This document shows positions 63,250 to 64,000 of a stretch of DNA of 64,000 nt, one piece after another. The stretch spans positions 124,001 through 188,000 of IMG/VR virus record IMGVR_UViG_3300042691_042003; one strand, written 5' to 3'. Below the pieces are notes generated by a model, which did no database searches, was not told the DNA's origin, and saw nothing but the letters and a program-made list of their open reading frames with translations. Every line of letters begins with the position of its first letter. Position 1 is the stretch's first letter. The translations under genes were made by a program, and so were the position numbers.

Positions 63250-63266
63250 AATACAAAAATAAACAT

Positions 63267-64000
63267 ATGAAAGTAGCATTTTTTCACGGACTCGAATCTT
63301 CCCCAAAATCTGATAAGAATGATTCTCTTCGAAGCAGATTCGATTTTGTTTACGATCCTCCTATGTCTTATTCGGATCCCGGTCTATTTGAAAAAGTTCT
63401 TTCAGAGGTAAAGAAAAATAAAATCGATCTTCTTATAGGGTCATCTATGGGTGGTTGGTTCGCTTATTGCATTTCAACTCTGACAGGAATTCCCACACTC
63501 CTTTTTAATCCTGCAGTTCATAGTCGTCCTACGGAACCTAAAGTTAGGATAGGAAATAGAAAAGCAAAGCACACTCTAGTCTTAGGAATCAGTGATAAAG
63601 TTATTATTCCTATGCTTACTCAAAATTGGGTTGCAAAAGAAGGAATCGGTTCTTTTAAAATTTATTTTGAATCTAACGAACATAGGACCCCTATCGATAT
63701 TTTTGATAAATGGTTAGATATTGAATCTAATAAGCTTAATGAAGAATGGTCAACCGAATCTCCTGGTAATTTACCTGATTGGTCATTTTTACCAGTTGAA
63801 GCTGTACAAACTCTCGTTCCTAATTTTCTAACTAAACGCCCTCCAGTTGGTAATCTCGTAATTGAAGATGATTCGGAAGTTGAAGATGTTAGAAGAGCAC
63901 AAAGAAACCTTTCTGATGATGATATTCGTTTTATTAAAGATGCACATGATTCTCCTCCTCAGATTTTCTATCAATGGTTAGTTCTTAGAGGTGAAAGGCC
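63267..64000 (+). CDS. YqiA/YcfP-like alpha/beta hydrolase with C-terminal extension (runs off the window; not in the ORF track)
   Basis: FFHGLESS, LIGSSMGG nucleophile elbow, LFNPA; frame open to 64000. Confidence 0.8.
   Translation, partial: MKVAFFHGLESSPKSDKNDSLRSRFDFVYDPPMSYSDPGLFEKVLSEVKKNKIDLLIGSSMGGWFAYCISTLTGIPTLLFNPAVHSRPTEPKVRIGNRKAKHTLVLGISDKVIIPMLTQNWVAKEGIGSFKIYFESNEHRTPIDIFDKWLDIESNKLNEEWSTESPGNLPDWSFLPVEAVQTLVPNFLTKRPPVGNLVIEDDSEVEDVRRAQRNLSDDDIRFIKDAHDSPPQIFYQWLVLRGER

Noticed and set aside
1-64000. Stop-codon reassignment (alternative genetic code)
   Set aside because: Recognisable genes are full length in code 11, and TGA/TAG stops coincide with gene junctions or promoters (for example 23131, 29840, 52125).

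Overview
This window is a gene-dense, AT-rich segment of a large (probably jumbo) tailed dsDNA phage genome, almost all on the + strand, in the standard genetic code. The host is most likely Bacteroidota: start regions are A-rich without Shine-Dalgarno sites, a TAnnTTTG promoter is present, and there are T9SS-type C-terminal domains, lipoboxes and a Bacteroidota-like primary sigma. Contents in order: an ECF sigma and a PD-(D/E)XK nuclease; a ~14 kb glycan-modification island (2343-16417) with glycosyltransferases, methyltransferases, oxidoreductases and a form IV RuBisCO-like protein beside a nucleotidyltransferase and a cupin; thyA; a block of proteins with T4 capsid-targeting-like leaders, including a ligase-like KxDG protein and a HIGH nucleotidyltransferase; a three-unit RNA hairpin array in front of a Ro60/TROVE-vWA-like gene; infC, thioredoxin, purA, a sigma-70 and folE; three paralogous beta-helix proteins; a probable early-gene block with repeated bipartite promoters; a non-coding CTAG-rich 92-bp repeat region (candidate origin or terminus); and secreted or lipoprotein enzymes. 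Strongest leads: the hairpin array with the Ro60-like gene, the RuBisCO-like sugar module, the MKxxTYEEFLNE-type leader family, the 92-bp repeat region and the fixed-spacing promoter boxes. No searches were run. Family names come from recalled motifs and all counts and coordinates are by hand.
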